A stretch of DNA of 64,000 bases from an uncultured delta proteobacterium (GTDB lineage Bacteria; Desulfobacterota; Binatia; Binatales; Binataceae): positions 964,009-1,028,008 of the forward strand of contig CAWKCZ010000003.1 in NCBI GenBank assembly GCA_963848285.1, given 5' to 3'. Both the position numbers and the translations under genes were made by a program. A model generated the notes under the pieces. It was not told the origin of the DNA. It did not search any database and was given only the letters and a program-made list of their open reading frames with translations. This document shows, in pieces, positions 19,587-29,471 of the stretch (within the stretch, counting starts at the first letter, position 1; each line of letters begins with the position of its first letter).

Positions 19587-21128
19587 TCACAAGGAATCGA
19601 GAAAATTTATCAGATCGGTTTCCTCCTGGGAGGTCAGAGAAAGCGTGAAGAAGCGGCGTTCGTAAAAGTTGATGACGCTGGCAAGGGTCGGCGCCGAGCC
19701 GTTGTGAAAGTACGGCGCGCGCGCCGCCAAGCCGCGCAGACCGGGGACCTTGACCTTGCCGAGGTCGGCGCACTGCCCGGTTATCAGCGCACGCCCCGGA
19801 TCGAAGGTCACGGAGCTTTCGCCCGCCAGCGGGCCGGAATCGCACTGGATGGTGAATACCGGCAACCCCTGTGCCGGAATGACCCGGGACGGATCCGAGG
19901 TGCCGATGTTCATGGCGCCGTCCACCGAACGGCTGCCGACGTTGGGGGTATCGTGGCAGGTGCCACAGCTCCCCATGATCGATGCTTGTCCGAGTACGTC
20001 GTTGAGACCGGCCACACCCGAAATGGTGAACATCCGGGTGTTGAAGATTCGCTCGCCGCGCGCGATCGATTCGCGGATCGCCCTGGAACCACCCCGGCCC
20101 GGATTTTCCCATTGTTCAAAAAGATTGAAGATGTTCGGGTCGAAGGGCAGACCCTTCGGATTGCCGCCGAAGGGATCATTGATGCCTGCAAAAAACGCTT
20201 GGGTTGAAAGCGCGGCCGCTCCTCCCGATCCCCCATCAGCGGCCAAGTCGTTGGCTCCGTCAGCTTTCGCTTGTGCGGTGAAAATCCCGCTCTCGAAGTC
20301 AACGATCTGCTTGAGGTCGTCGGTCGTGGGCGGCGCGCCGCTTTGTGCATGGGTCAGGGTGGCATCGGTCGCCTGGCTCTCGAGGCTTGGCTCCCGCCCA
20401 TCCCACATCAGACTGCTATCGAACTTCAAATTGGTAGCTGGGAGTGGACGGCGATAAATCGAGACGGTGCCGGTGGTCGCAGTCGTCAGCCCGAACGCTG
20501 GGTTGGTGTTGCATCCGTATGGATCGCTTACCGAGGTGATGCTGAACTGCAGCACATCCGCAGGCGGCATCGGCCGCGCGATACGAATCAATCCCAGCCC
20601 GAGCAACAGTTGATACGCCTGTTTCATCGCCGCGATCGATGAGACGTCGGCGTCGGGACACGTCGCGCCATCGATGAGGCTGAAGAGCGGATCCTTGCCC
20701 TTGGTCTTGTTGAAGCGGGCAGTCGCGTCGGCGGCGCTGAGGCTCCATCCATCCTGCGGGCGATGACAACTGAAGCAACTACGTCCATTGGTGCCGAGGC
20801 TCTGGAAGAAGGCATTCGTGGCGGTGAGGGTTGCGCCCGCCGGTTGGTAACTGGCCAGCTTGCCGCGCGGGTCGGCAGTGGTGAGCGTACGCGCAATGGT
20901 TTTCGGAATCGCGCTGGTCTTGGTGACATTCTCTGCGGCCGGGGTGCGCCAGCTAAGCGCGATCGTCAGGCAGGTCACGAGGAGAGCGAAGCCGCCACGA
21001 GCAGCGCGGGACCTCGGCGATGACGTTTTGATTGATGCAACTCCTCGGCTCACGATGCTCACCACCGTTTGAGATTTGGGAAGCGCGCGGCCGCGAAAGG
21101 GGGAGCATCGGCGGCGCGCACTTCCCAT
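19587..21128 (-). CDS. di-heme cytochrome c peroxidase family protein (CcpA/MauG superfamily)
   Basis: It has two CxxCH heme motifs (CFSCHRPQDGW and CGTCHDTPNVG) and the conserved YFHNGSAPTLASVINFY region. The true start is probably internal, just before the GFALLVTCLTIALSW signal/anchor. Confidence 0.8.
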   Translation of the reverse strand: MGSARRRCSPFRGRALPKSQTVVSIVSRGVASIKTSSPRSRAARGGFALLVTCLTIALSWRTPAAENVTKTSAIPKTIARTLTTADPRGKLASYQPAGATLTATNAFFQSLGTNGRSCFSCHRPQDGWSLSAADATARFNKTKGKDPLFSLIDGATCPDADVSSIAAMKQAYQLLLGLGLIRIARPMPPADVLQFSITSVSDPYGCNTNPAFGLTTATTGTVSIYRRPLPATNLKFDSSLMWDGREPSLESQATDATLTHAQSGAPPTTDDLKQIVDFESGIFTAQAKADGANDLAADGGSGGAAALSTQAFFAGINDPFGGNPKGLPFDPNIFNLFEQWENPGRGGSRAIRESIARGERIFNTRMFTISGVAGLNDVLGQASIMGSCGTCHDTPNVGSRSVDGAMNIGTSDPSRVIPAQGLPVFTIQCDSGPLAGESSVTFDPGRALITGQCADLGKVKVPGLRGLAARAPYFHNGSAPTLASVINFYERRFFTLSLTSQEETDLINFLDSL

Positions 21129-21137
21129 CGCGAGCTA

Positions 21138-21674
21138 CTACTTCACGTCAACTTCGGTGCGCATCCAGGGATGGATACAGCATTGGAAGAGATGCTTGCC
21201 CTTGGCGAGGCCGGTCAGAGTGATGGTGCTGCCCTGCAGGATGCGAGTCTTAGCGACCGTTACATTGCCAAAACCTCCATTACACTCAGGAACGGTGGCT
21301 TGTCCACCGTTGAGTGGAATAAGGAAGCCTCCGCCGAACTGTTTGACCTCGGTAAAGGTGTGCGGCTCGCCGCCCTGGTCAACTACAGTGAGGCTGCCGC
21401 CCTTCTTGAGCGCCACCTGGGTCGGAGCGAAAGCCCAGTTAGGATCGGGGGTGCCGGCGGCCGCTTCGGCAAACAAATTGGGGAAGGTGGTGCTGGCTCC
21501 GACTGCGATGTTTTTGCAGAAGTCCGGCCCGCCGGCGTTCGGATCGTTGAAGGTCGCCGGATCGCATTCGTCCAGCGCAATGATTTGGGCTTCGGGCGGC
21601 TGCGCCATCGCGTGCGGCACGTCGGCAAAGACCAGGCATCCGGCGAACATACTCAGTGTCATCAACTTAAACAT
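21138..21674 (-). CDS. secreted cupredoxin-fold (type-1 blue copper-like) protein
   Basis: It has a signal peptide (MFKLMTLSMFAGCLVFADVPHAMA), an upstream His (GGEPHTFTE) and a C-terminal C-x-H-x-x-M ligand loop (HLFQCCIHPWM). It lies 9 nt upstream of the peroxidase gene on the same strand. Confidence 0.7.
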   Translation of the reverse strand: MFKLMTLSMFAGCLVFADVPHAMAQPPEAQIIALDECDPATFNDPNAGGPDFCKNIAVGASTTFPNLFAEAAAGTPDPNWAFAPTQVALKKGGSLTVVDQGGEPHTFTEVKQFGGGFLIPLNGGQATVPECNGGFGNVTVAKTRILQGSTITLTGLAKGKHLFQCCIHPWMRTEVDVK

Positions 21675-21828
21675 TTATGTTTCCTCCTACTGACCTCACT
21701 GTTGAATTTGGCAAAAACCCCTCTGCACCGGAGTTTTCACGATGTCGCCAATCTTCGGACGGGAAGCCCTAATAACCAATGGACCGGGCCTGAACCTGTC
21801 CTGAACCGCGGCTGAATTCTTCGAAGTA

Positions 21829-24738
21829 ATGATGCCTCCCGCTCGCTATGCGGCTGCCCGCGCCGGAAGTAGAATCGGCGATCGAAACAAGGTGTCCACC
21901 GAACTCTTCCAGTTTGCGGATTTCGAGCTGAACCCTGCTGCCTTTGAACTGCGCCGAGGGGGCGCGGTCGTCGTTCTTCAGCGGATTCCGTTTGAGTTGC
22001 TATGCCTGTTGGTGGAGCGTCGTGGGCAGCTGGTCACCCGCGAAGAGATCCTCGAGTGCGTCTGGGGCAAGGGCGTGTTCGTCGATATCGAGTCGAGCAT
22101 CAACACCGCCATTCGCAAACTCCGCAGGGCATTAGGCGACGATCCCGATCAGCCGCGCTTCATCGCTACTATCCCGGCGCGAGGCTATCGATTCATTGCC
22201 GACATTCGGGCGTCGAGGCCGTTGGCCCCGCGGGTGCGGTCCCTGGGCCTGATGGTGGGCCGTGAACGAGAGCTGGAAACATTATTAGGCGGGCTGGACG
22301 ATGCGATGGCCGGGCATTGGCGCCTCTTCCTGGTTTCCGGCGAACCCGGCGTCGGGAAGACCCGGCTTGCGAGCGAAGTCGCGATGGCGGCTGCGGCAAA
22401 GCCAATGACTATCCTTGTCGGCCACTGCTCCGAGCATGCGGAAGCGGTCGCCTATCTGCCTTTCGTGGAAATTCTGGAGAACTTTGTCGCGCCGATACCC
22501 ATCGGATCGCTGAGGGCCGCATTGGGCGCACAAGGCCCGGAGTTGGCGCGGATGCTGCCCAAGCTGAAGAATCTCCTGCCCGATCTCCCGCCTCCGCTGG
22601 AACTGCCGCCGGCACAGGCACGTCGGCACTTGTTCAATTGCTTCTTCGAGTTCATTGCGCAGGTCGCGATGGAACGGCCCACCTTAATGATCCTCGAGGA
22701 CCTGCACTGGGCTGACGATTCCACCTTGTCGCTCATCGATCATCTTACCCCGCGGCTTACCGACCTGCCGTTAACGATCCTCGGAACTTTTCGCGACGCC
22801 GACACCAACGTTTCTCGCGAGTTGGCCAAAACGCTGGAGGACCTTTTGCGCGGACGCCGCGCAACCGCCCTCCGTCTAAAGGCGCTGCCTCGCGCCGAAG
22901 TGGCCACCATGCTGAAGGGCCTGAGCGGTAAGTCGGCGCCCGCGAAAGTGGTGGGGGAGATTTTTGACGAGACGGGCGGCAATCCGTTTTTTGTCGAGGA
23001 GCTGTACCGCTACCTGGAAGAGGAAAACCGGCTCTTCGATGAGGCCGGGCAGTTTCGCACCGAACTCAAGATTGCCGAGCTCGATGCGCCCCCGAGTGTC
23101 CGGCTGGTGGTGGCGCGCCGACTCGCGCGCCTTAACGGTCCGACCCGCCAGATGCTCGGCACCGCGGCGGTGGTAGGGCGCAGTTTTGGCTTCGAAATCC
23201 TTCAGGCCGCCAGTGGCATCGGCGGCGAGGCGCTACTGGGATGCGTCGAGGAAGCCGAACGTGCTGGCTTGCTGATCCCGGTGGCCGAAAGTCCTGCGCC
23301 GCGGTTCGCTTTCTTCCATGAGCTGGTGCGCCAGGGAGTTCTCGGCGATCTGTCGGCCGCGCGGCGTCAGAAGCTTCATCTCGAGGTGGCGATGGCCCTG
23401 GAGCAAACATTTTCCACCACGCGATCGGATTACTACGGCGAACTCGCTCATCACTTTCGCCTCGGCGGCGATCCGCTCAAGGCAATCGACTACCTCGTTC
23501 GCGCTGCGCGTGAAGCAGCGCGACGCTCCGCCCCGCAACAAGCCGTCACCCTCGCCACCACCGGGTTGGAATTGCTTGGCGAGGTTTCGGACCCTCGGCT
23601 TCGCGATCAGTATGAACTCGCGTTGCAGATGACGCTTGGCACCAGCGGCGGGCTAGCCGTGGGTTTCGCGGTGCCGGAAGTCGAGCGGGCATACACCAAG
23701 GCGATGGAGTTGCTGGGGCGCGCGGACCGAACGCCGACCGCCATTCGAGCGATGGTCGGGCTCTATGTGTACTACTCGAGGGGCGCCGACTATCAGCGCG
23801 CCTCGACTTTGCAAGCGCAGCTCCTCGGGTTAGTCCCGACCCTGGCCGAAACCCAACTGCGTGGTGCAATTCACTACAGTATCGGCTTCCGCCTGCTTTA
23901 CCATGGCGCATTTGAGCAGGCCCGCCATCAACTCGAACAAGCGATCGAATGGAGCCCGGGGCATCCACGCCAGGTTCAGGCGCGCGCCGCATTGGCGCTC
24001 ACGATGTGGGATCTCGGCTATCCCACGCAAGCCGCGAGTCTGTTGGAGCAGGCCGAGGCGGAGGCGCGCCAGGTAGGGGAGCCCTACACGCAGGTGATGG
24101 TGTTTGATAACGCGTGCATGATTCATTCGGTCGCCAAAGATATTCCGAATGCGCGCCGCTACGCTCAAGCCATAATCGAGCAGTCGGTAACTTACGGTTT
24201 TGCTGCCGAGATCGGTATCGCGAACATCATTCTGGCCTGGGCCGATGGGCTCGACGGCGACCCCGCCGCCCTGGATCGGCTGCGCCGCAGCGTCGCCGAG
24301 TTCGAGGCTACCGAGGGAGACCTGGGGCGCATCGCGTTTCGCGCCCGCATCGCCGAGGTGTGCTTGAAATTCGGCCGTACCGATGAAGCAGTGACGGCGC
24401 TCGCAGAAGCGATCGAGTTTACTGTGCAAAGCGGCCAAGCTTATGCGGCTTCCGAGGTCTATCGGCTTCGTGCCCTCGCGGAACAGCAGCTGCGCCACTC
24501 CGATTTTGATGCTGCAGTAAAATGGTTTGAGCGTTCGATAGAGGCCGCGCGTGAATGTCATGCGCGCATCGCCGAGTTGCGGGCGACAACCGACCTCGTG
24601 CGATTGCTAACACCACGTCGCAAACGCGCGAGGGCCGCGCGCTCGATGCTGGAAGAAATCTACGGCTGGTTCACCGAGGGCTTCGACACCGGCGACCTGA
24701 AGGCCGCTAAGGCACTGCTCGCCGAGCTGAACGCCTAA
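21829..24738 (+). CDS. large transcriptional regulator: OmpR/PhoB-type winged-helix DNA-binding domain, P-loop NTPase (AAA_16-like) and TPR-like C-terminus
   Basis: The N-terminal wHTH reads FADFELNPAAFELRRGG...LLCLLVERRGQLVTREEILECVWG...INTAIRKLRRAL...IATIPARGYRF. The Walker A motif is SGEPGVGKTRL and the Walker B-like motif is LMILEDLHWADDST. A long helical repeat region follows. Confidence 0.8.
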   Translation: MMPPARYAAARAGSRIGDRNKVSTELFQFADFELNPAAFELRRGGAVVVLQRIPFELLCLLVERRGQLVTREEILECVWGKGVFVDIESSINTAIRKLRRALGDDPDQPRFIATIPARGYRFIADIRASRPLAPRVRSLGLMVGRERELETLLGGLDDAMAGHWRLFLVSGEPGVGKTRLASEVAMAAAAKPMTILVGHCSEHAEAVAYLPFVEILENFVAPIPIGSLRAALGAQGPELARMLPKLKNLLPDLPPPLELPPAQARRHLFNCFFEFIAQVAMERPTLMILEDLHWADDSTLSLIDHLTPRLTDLPLTILGTFRDADTNVSRELAKTLEDLLRGRRATALRLKALPRAEVATMLKGLSGKSAPAKVVGEIFDETGGNPFFVEELYRYLEEENRLFDEAGQFRTELKIAELDAPPSVRLVVARRLARLNGPTRQMLGTAAVVGRSFGFEILQAASGIGGEALLGCVEEAERAGLLIPVAESPAPRFAFFHELVRQGVLGDLSAARRQKLHLEVAMALEQTFSTTRSDYYGELAHHFRLGGDPLKAIDYLVRAAREAARRSAPQQAVTLATTGLELLGEVSDPRLRDQYELALQMTLGTSGGLAVGFAVPEVERAYTKAMELLGRADRTPTAIRAMVGLYVYYSRGADYQRASTLQAQLLGLVPTLAETQLRGAIHYSIGFRLLYHGAFEQARHQLEQAIEWSPGHPRQVQARAALALTMWDLGYPTQAASLLEQAEAEARQVGEPYTQVMVFDNACMIHSVAKDIPNARRYAQAIIEQSVTYGFAAEIGIANIILAWADGLDGDPAALDRLRRSVAEFEATEGDLGRIAFRARIAEVCLKFGRTDEAVTALAEAIEFTVQSGQAYAASEVYRLRALAEQQLRHSDFDAAVKWFERSIEAARECHARIAELRATTDLVRLLTPRRKRARAARSMLEEIYGWFTEGFDTGDLKAAKALLAELNA

Positions 24739-24748
24739 AGCATGTCGT

Positions 24749-27151
24749 CTACGGGATTTGCGGCAGCGGAACCCGGATGCCTCCATAGAGCGCGCGGCGC
24801 GGACCGTAGGAGGGGGACTCCACTCCGATGCCGGTGCCATTGCGGATCTGGTAGCTGTGATCGAACAGGTTGATGACACTCAGTCGCAGTTCCGCCTCAC
24901 CGATTTGCGGCAGCTTCAGCCCGCGCACGATGCCCGCGTTGAATTGCAGGATCGGCGGCAGTTCACCGGTATTGGCAAACCCGCGCCGATAGCCGCTGCC
25001 CCAGATCGCGTCGCCAGTGAGAAGAAATCCAAACAAATTGTAAGACAAACCGGCCGAGCCGGTGAACATCTGGTTGTCGTCGGTAGTACTCCAATGATTC
25101 TGGATGTAGCCGATTTCGTCGGCATCGTCGGCGAGGAACGCGCCCGCGTTGATGTATTTCGCCTGCAGCACCGCGTAGGAAAAATTGAGGTACGCATGGA
25201 TCGGGTCGTCGCCATACACGAAGCTCAGGTCGGAACCCCATGCGCGGCTCTTGCGATAGGTCAGCGGCGCTGTGACGAGGGTGCCATTGAGCTGGGCGAG
25301 GTCGAGCTGGTTTTGCCCGAGCTTGAAAAATCCATCGAGACCAACATTCAGATGCTCGAGGATTCGTTGCCGGATGCCAATATCGAAGTAGTCGTCGGTT
25401 TCGGCGCCGACCTTGTCATTGCCGCTGTTGACCGGCGCGGCCGCCGTGGTATGCGCGAATTTCTCGACCGTCTCGAGCGCCACCTGGTCGAACGGCGGCA
25501 CCTTGAAGTAGCGGGCATAGCCGCCATGCAGCGTGGTGCCGCGGCGAATCTCGTACTCGACGCCCACTCGCGGACTTAGCTGTTGGCCGGTCGTGAAGGC
25601 GCTCATGAAATCCCACCGCGCGCCGAAGTTGACTTTGAGTTTGTCGATGGGACGCCATTCGTCCTGCAGATAGAGTCCCAGCAGCCATGCGATCTGATTG
25701 TTGTCATCGACAATCGAAATCGGGATGTTGCTTCCTTGCGACCCGTCCGGCTTGGCCGGGAAGGTTTGCGCGTGCTCATCGACCTCGACCGCTTCGCCGC
25801 TGAAATAAAATCCCGCGCCCAGCGTATGATGCTCGTCGAGCGTGTAGCTGGTGTCCTCCTGCAAGCCGTTGATGAAACCGGTATGCAGCACCTTCGCTGC
25901 GATGCCGTTATAGATGAGGTCGCCCTTCGGGTCGGGGTCGAAGTCGAGCACGTAGTAGCGGCTGAATGCTGCTAGCTGATAGGTGGTGCGATCGCCGATC
26001 GCGCCCTGTAGCGCGAGGATCCCGTAGTAGCTCTGCTCCAGTTCCGATTCGCTGACATTGGCGGAGGGATAAATCGGCACTCCCTGCAGCGAAAATTCCT
26101 GATCCAGGCCCGGCTCCGGGGGAATCTGAAAATAACTGACTGCGGTTCCGGTGATCAGCGAGAGACGCGTTTTCGAATCGATTAGATAATTGAGATTCGC
26201 GAAGCCCTGCCCCTGGTCGGTATGATCATGGTGCGGCGTAGGGCTCGTGGTCGGCGACTGCAAGCCCAGGTCAGTACGCAAATAGTAGCCGCTCGCGAAG
26301 TAGCTTAAACGTCCTTTGCATCCGCTCAGCTGAAAACTCGGCTGCAGGGTGTTACGCTGCCCGCCGTACACTTCGAGGCTGTTCTGATCCGGGCCGCCAT
26401 CGATACATCCGTCCTTGGTGTGGATGTCGACCACGCCCTCGTTACGATAGCCGATCTCGGCCGGCATCACGCCGGTCAGCAGCGTAATGCTGCGGACAAA
26501 ATGCGGGCTGAAAATCTGCCCGAAGCTGGATACCGCTTCGGGCAGGAAGACATTGTTGACGCGATATTGCACCCCGCCGCCATTCTCGCCGTGGATGTGA
26601 ATCTCTCCCTGCCCCTGGCCATAAGAATCCTGGCTGACGCCGGGCGCTTGGATGAGAACCTGCGCGAGGTTGGTATTTTGCCCCTCGGGCAACCGATGAA
26701 TCGCGGCGCTGTCGAAACGATATGCGGTACTGCCGGTTTCGGGCGACAAATCATTCAAAGCTCGATCGAAGCGAGGCGCGAGGACCTCGAGGGTAAGCGG
26801 CTTCTTCGAGACCATCGTGAGCGTGAGCGGCGCAGGCGAAGTTCCGGCGGCTACGACCGTGGAAGTCCCCGCGCTCTTGAATGCCGCTTTGCTTACCGTA
26901 ACCTCGAAGGTTCCGACCGGCGCGTCGAGATGAAATTTCCCGTCCTTGTCGCTGCGCGTTCGTCCCACGATGTGGCCGTCTGCCGTTTTGAGGACGACCT
27001 CGGCATTGGCAATCGGATGTCCCAGCGAATCGTCGACGGTACCGCGTAGTTGCGCGCTGGGGGCGGCATAGCTCGTAGCGCACGGGAGCAGGCCGGCCGC
27101 GGTGCCCACTATTAAGATGATCAAAACGATCGTGGTAAGAAATCTGCGCAC
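24749..27151 (-). CDS. TonB-dependent receptor with an N-terminal carboxypeptidase-regulatory-like domain
   Basis: It has a signal peptide, then a CarboxypepD_reg-like segment (GTVDDSLGHPIANAEVVLKTADGHIVGRTRSDKDGKFHL). A plug region follows (LPEGQNTNLAQVLIQAPGV...IHIHGE), then a ~550-aa beta-barrel with alternating aromatic/Gly strands. Confidence 0.85.
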   Translation of the reverse strand: MRRFLTTIVLIILIVGTAAGLLPCATSYAAPSAQLRGTVDDSLGHPIANAEVVLKTADGHIVGRTRSDKDGKFHLDAPVGTFEVTVSKAAFKSAGTSTVVAAGTSPAPLTLTMVSKKPLTLEVLAPRFDRALNDLSPETGSTAYRFDSAAIHRLPEGQNTNLAQVLIQAPGVSQDSYGQGQGEIHIHGENGGGVQYRVNNVFLPEAVSSFGQIFSPHFVRSITLLTGVMPAEIGYRNEGVVDIHTKDGCIDGGPDQNSLEVYGGQRNTLQPSFQLSGCKGRLSYFASGYYLRTDLGLQSPTTSPTPHHDHTDQGQGFANLNYLIDSKTRLSLITGTAVSYFQIPPEPGLDQEFSLQGVPIYPSANVSESELEQSYYGILALQGAIGDRTTYQLAAFSRYYVLDFDPDPKGDLIYNGIAAKVLHTGFINGLQEDTSYTLDEHHTLGAGFYFSGEAVEVDEHAQTFPAKPDGSQGSNIPISIVDDNNQIAWLLGLYLQDEWRPIDKLKVNFGARWDFMSAFTTGQQLSPRVGVEYEIRRGTTLHGGYARYFKVPPFDQVALETVEKFAHTTAAAPVNSGNDKVGAETDDYFDIGIRQRILEHLNVGLDGFFKLGQNQLDLAQLNGTLVTAPLTYRKSRAWGSDLSFVYGDDPIHAYLNFSYAVLQAKYINAGAFLADDADEIGYIQNHWSTTDDNQMFTGSAGLSYNLFGFLLTGDAIWGSGYRRGFANTGELPPILQFNAGIVRGLKLPQIGEAELRLSVINLFDHSYQIRNGTGIGVESPSYGPRRALYGGIRVPLPQIP

Positions 27152-27329
27152 CGATAAACGCTCGCTGAACGCGAGCTAGAGTTACCAGAAACGTCCGGCC
27201 GATTTCTCAAATCACGCGGGGATGGATTCCCGAAGTTTACGGGAAGAAACTCCCGACCATCGCCATTCGGCTAGGAATCTTTATCTGTCGGATTCTTGAG
27301 CGAGGTGTCGGCGCCCGTCAGGCCGCGTT

Positions 27330-27932
27330 CTATCGCGAGGCGGACCAGTTCCCCGAATGGCGCACCGAGAGCTTGGTTTTGATCTGGGTGATGTTGTTGG
27401 CGACCGTCTTATAGCTGATCCCCAAAGCCTCTGCGACGCCGCTCAAGTCGTGACCACGCCCGAGCAGACTCAGGATCTCCAGTTCACGGCTCGAGAGGCC
27501 AGCGAATCGATCGGCGCCATCGTAAAGCGACAACAGCGCGACCTCCTTGGCCAGCTCATGCGAGATGTAAATACCTCCCGCCAGGATTTCGCGCACTGCG
27601 GTTAGCAACTCCTCGGGAGGCGCGCTCTTGACGACATAGCCACGCGCCCCGGACTGGATGGCGCGGGCGGCGAATGCAGGATTGGGGTGCATGCTGAAAA
27701 CGAGCACGCGCTGGTTGGGGTTCTGCGCGCGAATCAGATCCAGCGCCTGGAGCCCGCCGGCTCCCGGCAGCGAGAGATCGAGGACAACTAAATCGAACTG
27801 AAGATTGTGGGTAAGGCCGCACGCCTCGCGACATGATCCCGCTTCGACAATCTCTGCGCGGAACGCCTGCTCGAGCATCCGACGACATCCGGCGCGTACG
27901 ATTGGATGATCATCTACCAGCAGGATTTTCAT
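27330..27932 (-). CDS. response regulator, NarL/FixJ family (REC plus LuxR-type HTH)
   Basis: MKILLVDDHPIVR...DLVVLDLSLPG...VLVFSMH is the receiver domain. SSRELEILSLLGRGHDLSGVAEALGISYKTVANNITQIKTKL is the LuxR HTH. Confidence 0.9.
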   Translation of the reverse strand: MKILLVDDHPIVRAGCRRMLEQAFRAEIVEAGSCREACGLTHNLQFDLVVLDLSLPGAGGLQALDLIRAQNPNQRVLVFSMHPNPAFAARAIQSGARGYVVKSAPPEELLTAVREILAGGIYISHELAKEVALLSLYDGADRFAGLSSRELEILSLLGRGHDLSGVAEALGISYKTVANNITQIKTKLSVRHSGNWSASR

Positions 27933-27938
27933 GATGCA

Positions 27939-29381
27939 TCAGGCGGCGGTAGCACTTTTATCGACCGCGATTGGCAGGCGCGCCGTCACCAGCCATCCAT
28001 GATTCGCACGGTACACAGTTTCGAGCTTGCCGCCTAATGTTTCGACCCGCTCGCGCATCCCGACCAGGCCCATCCCGCTCGCCGCTGCCAGCGAACTCAC
28101 GCCCAGGCCATTGTCCTCCACGGTGACGTCGAGGATTTGCTCACCGCCGGTTTCCCGACGCGTTTCGCCCGGCGCGATGGCACGAACGATCACCGTCGCG
28201 AGGCTGGCGCCCGAATGCTTCGCGACATTGGTGAGACATTCCTGCACCACGTGATATGCGGCGAGCTCGGTTTCTTCCGCGGTCCGGAACGGGGGAAGAT
28301 CGATGTGCAGGTTACACGCGATGCGTGGATTACGAATGCGCCAGGTTGCCACCATATCGCGCAGGGCATCTTTCAGGCCGAGTTCGTCGAGCACCACCGG
28401 ACGCAGCTGCTGAATCATCTCGCGCACCACTGCTTCCATTCGGCCGGCGCTTTCTGAAATCGATCGCGCAGGATCGCCGATGGTTCCGGTGCCCGCGCCG
28501 GTGGCGATCTGTTCGATCGCAAACGCATCGGTGCGGATCGCGAACAGGTACTGCGCCAGGTTGTCATGCAGCTCACGCGCGATCGCGCGCCGTTCCTCGT
28601 CGCGGAGGTTCATCAGACGTTGATTCAGGTTCCGATTCTCTCGGCTCGCGGTTTCCAGCGCGTCGGCCATCTCGTTGAATTGGGAGCTGATGCGCGCCAG
28701 TTCGGTGGTCCCGAACACCCGCGCCCGCACGCTCTGGTCGCGTCCGAATGCCTGCAGTGCGCGGCGAAGTTCATCCATCGGGCGCAGCGCGAAACCCACA
28801 TAGCAAAGTACCAGGACCCACAGGGCGAGCAGAAAGCTCCCCACCACCGCGATCATATCGCGAGTGTTGGTCCACTGTTCGTCAACTTCGTCGCGGGGAT
28901 CGGTCGAAACCACAATCTCGCCGCTGGTGCCGAAGCCCTCGCGCAGCGGAATTCGGTAGCTTTGCGGCTTCGGCGACACCAGGCCAGAGAACCATCGCGG
29001 CGCTCGATTCGCGAGGTCGGATTTTTGTAGTGGCGATTGAATCAACGGATTTCCGCGCTTGTCGAGGACCTCGATTCGGACGTGACGCAACTGGGTGAGG
29101 GCCGGGATCTCATGAATCAGCCGATCGCGAAACTGGTCGGCCTCGGCTGGAGAAGAGATGAATCCCTGCGCGGCGCCCAGCAATCCCATCACCAGTTGCG
29201 CGGAAGCCTCGGTTTCGGCACTCACGGCGCGGCGATAGTTCCTGACCGCGAACATTGCACCCGCCATCAACCCGGCTGCGAACGCCGCCGTGATCAGCAA
29301 ATTGAGGCGGACTTTGAAACCTGCACGTCTCATTGATGCATCGATTGTATGCGAACCGCCGCGCAACTGGTCAATCGGCAA
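27939..29381 (-). CDS. sensor histidine kinase (two TM segments, HAMP, HisKA_3, HATPase_c; NarX/LiaS class)
   Basis: The H-box is ERRAIARELHDNLAQYLFAI. The ATPase motifs are ECLTNVAKHSGA, VEDNGLGV and GMGLVGMRERVETLGG. It lies 6 nt upstream of the response regulator. Confidence 0.85.
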   Translation of the reverse strand: MPIDQLRGGSHTIDASMRRAGFKVRLNLLITAAFAAGLMAGAMFAVRNYRRAVSAETEASAQLVMGLLGAAQGFISSPAEADQFRDRLIHEIPALTQLRHVRIEVLDKRGNPLIQSPLQKSDLANRAPRWFSGLVSPKPQSYRIPLREGFGTSGEIVVSTDPRDEVDEQWTNTRDMIAVVGSFLLALWVLVLCYVGFALRPMDELRRALQAFGRDQSVRARVFGTTELARISSQFNEMADALETASRENRNLNQRLMNLRDEERRAIARELHDNLAQYLFAIRTDAFAIEQIATGAGTGTIGDPARSISESAGRMEAVVREMIQQLRPVVLDELGLKDALRDMVATWRIRNPRIACNLHIDLPPFRTAEETELAAYHVVQECLTNVAKHSGASLATVIVRAIAPGETRRETGGEQILDVTVEDNGLGVSSLAAASGMGLVGMRERVETLGGKLETVYRANHGWLVTARLPIAVDKSATAA

Positions 29382-29471
29382 CTGTCCCTGCTAGCGTTCG
29401 ATGCCAACAAGAGCGAAACGGCTCCCGGGGCGCGAGCATCGCGCAAATTTCATCCGGTTGGGAGCGGCAAC

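Noticed and set aside
19587-21674. The peroxidase plus small secreted protein interpreted as an MbnH/MbnP copper-acquisition pair (a TonB receptor is nearby)
   Set aside because: The small protein shows a classical cupredoxin ligand pattern (His...Cys-x-His-x-x-Met) rather than anything I can tie to MbnP. The receptor is separated from it by a 2.9-kb regulator gene. Without a database comparison the assignment would be speculation, so I kept only the generic redox-pair interpretation.
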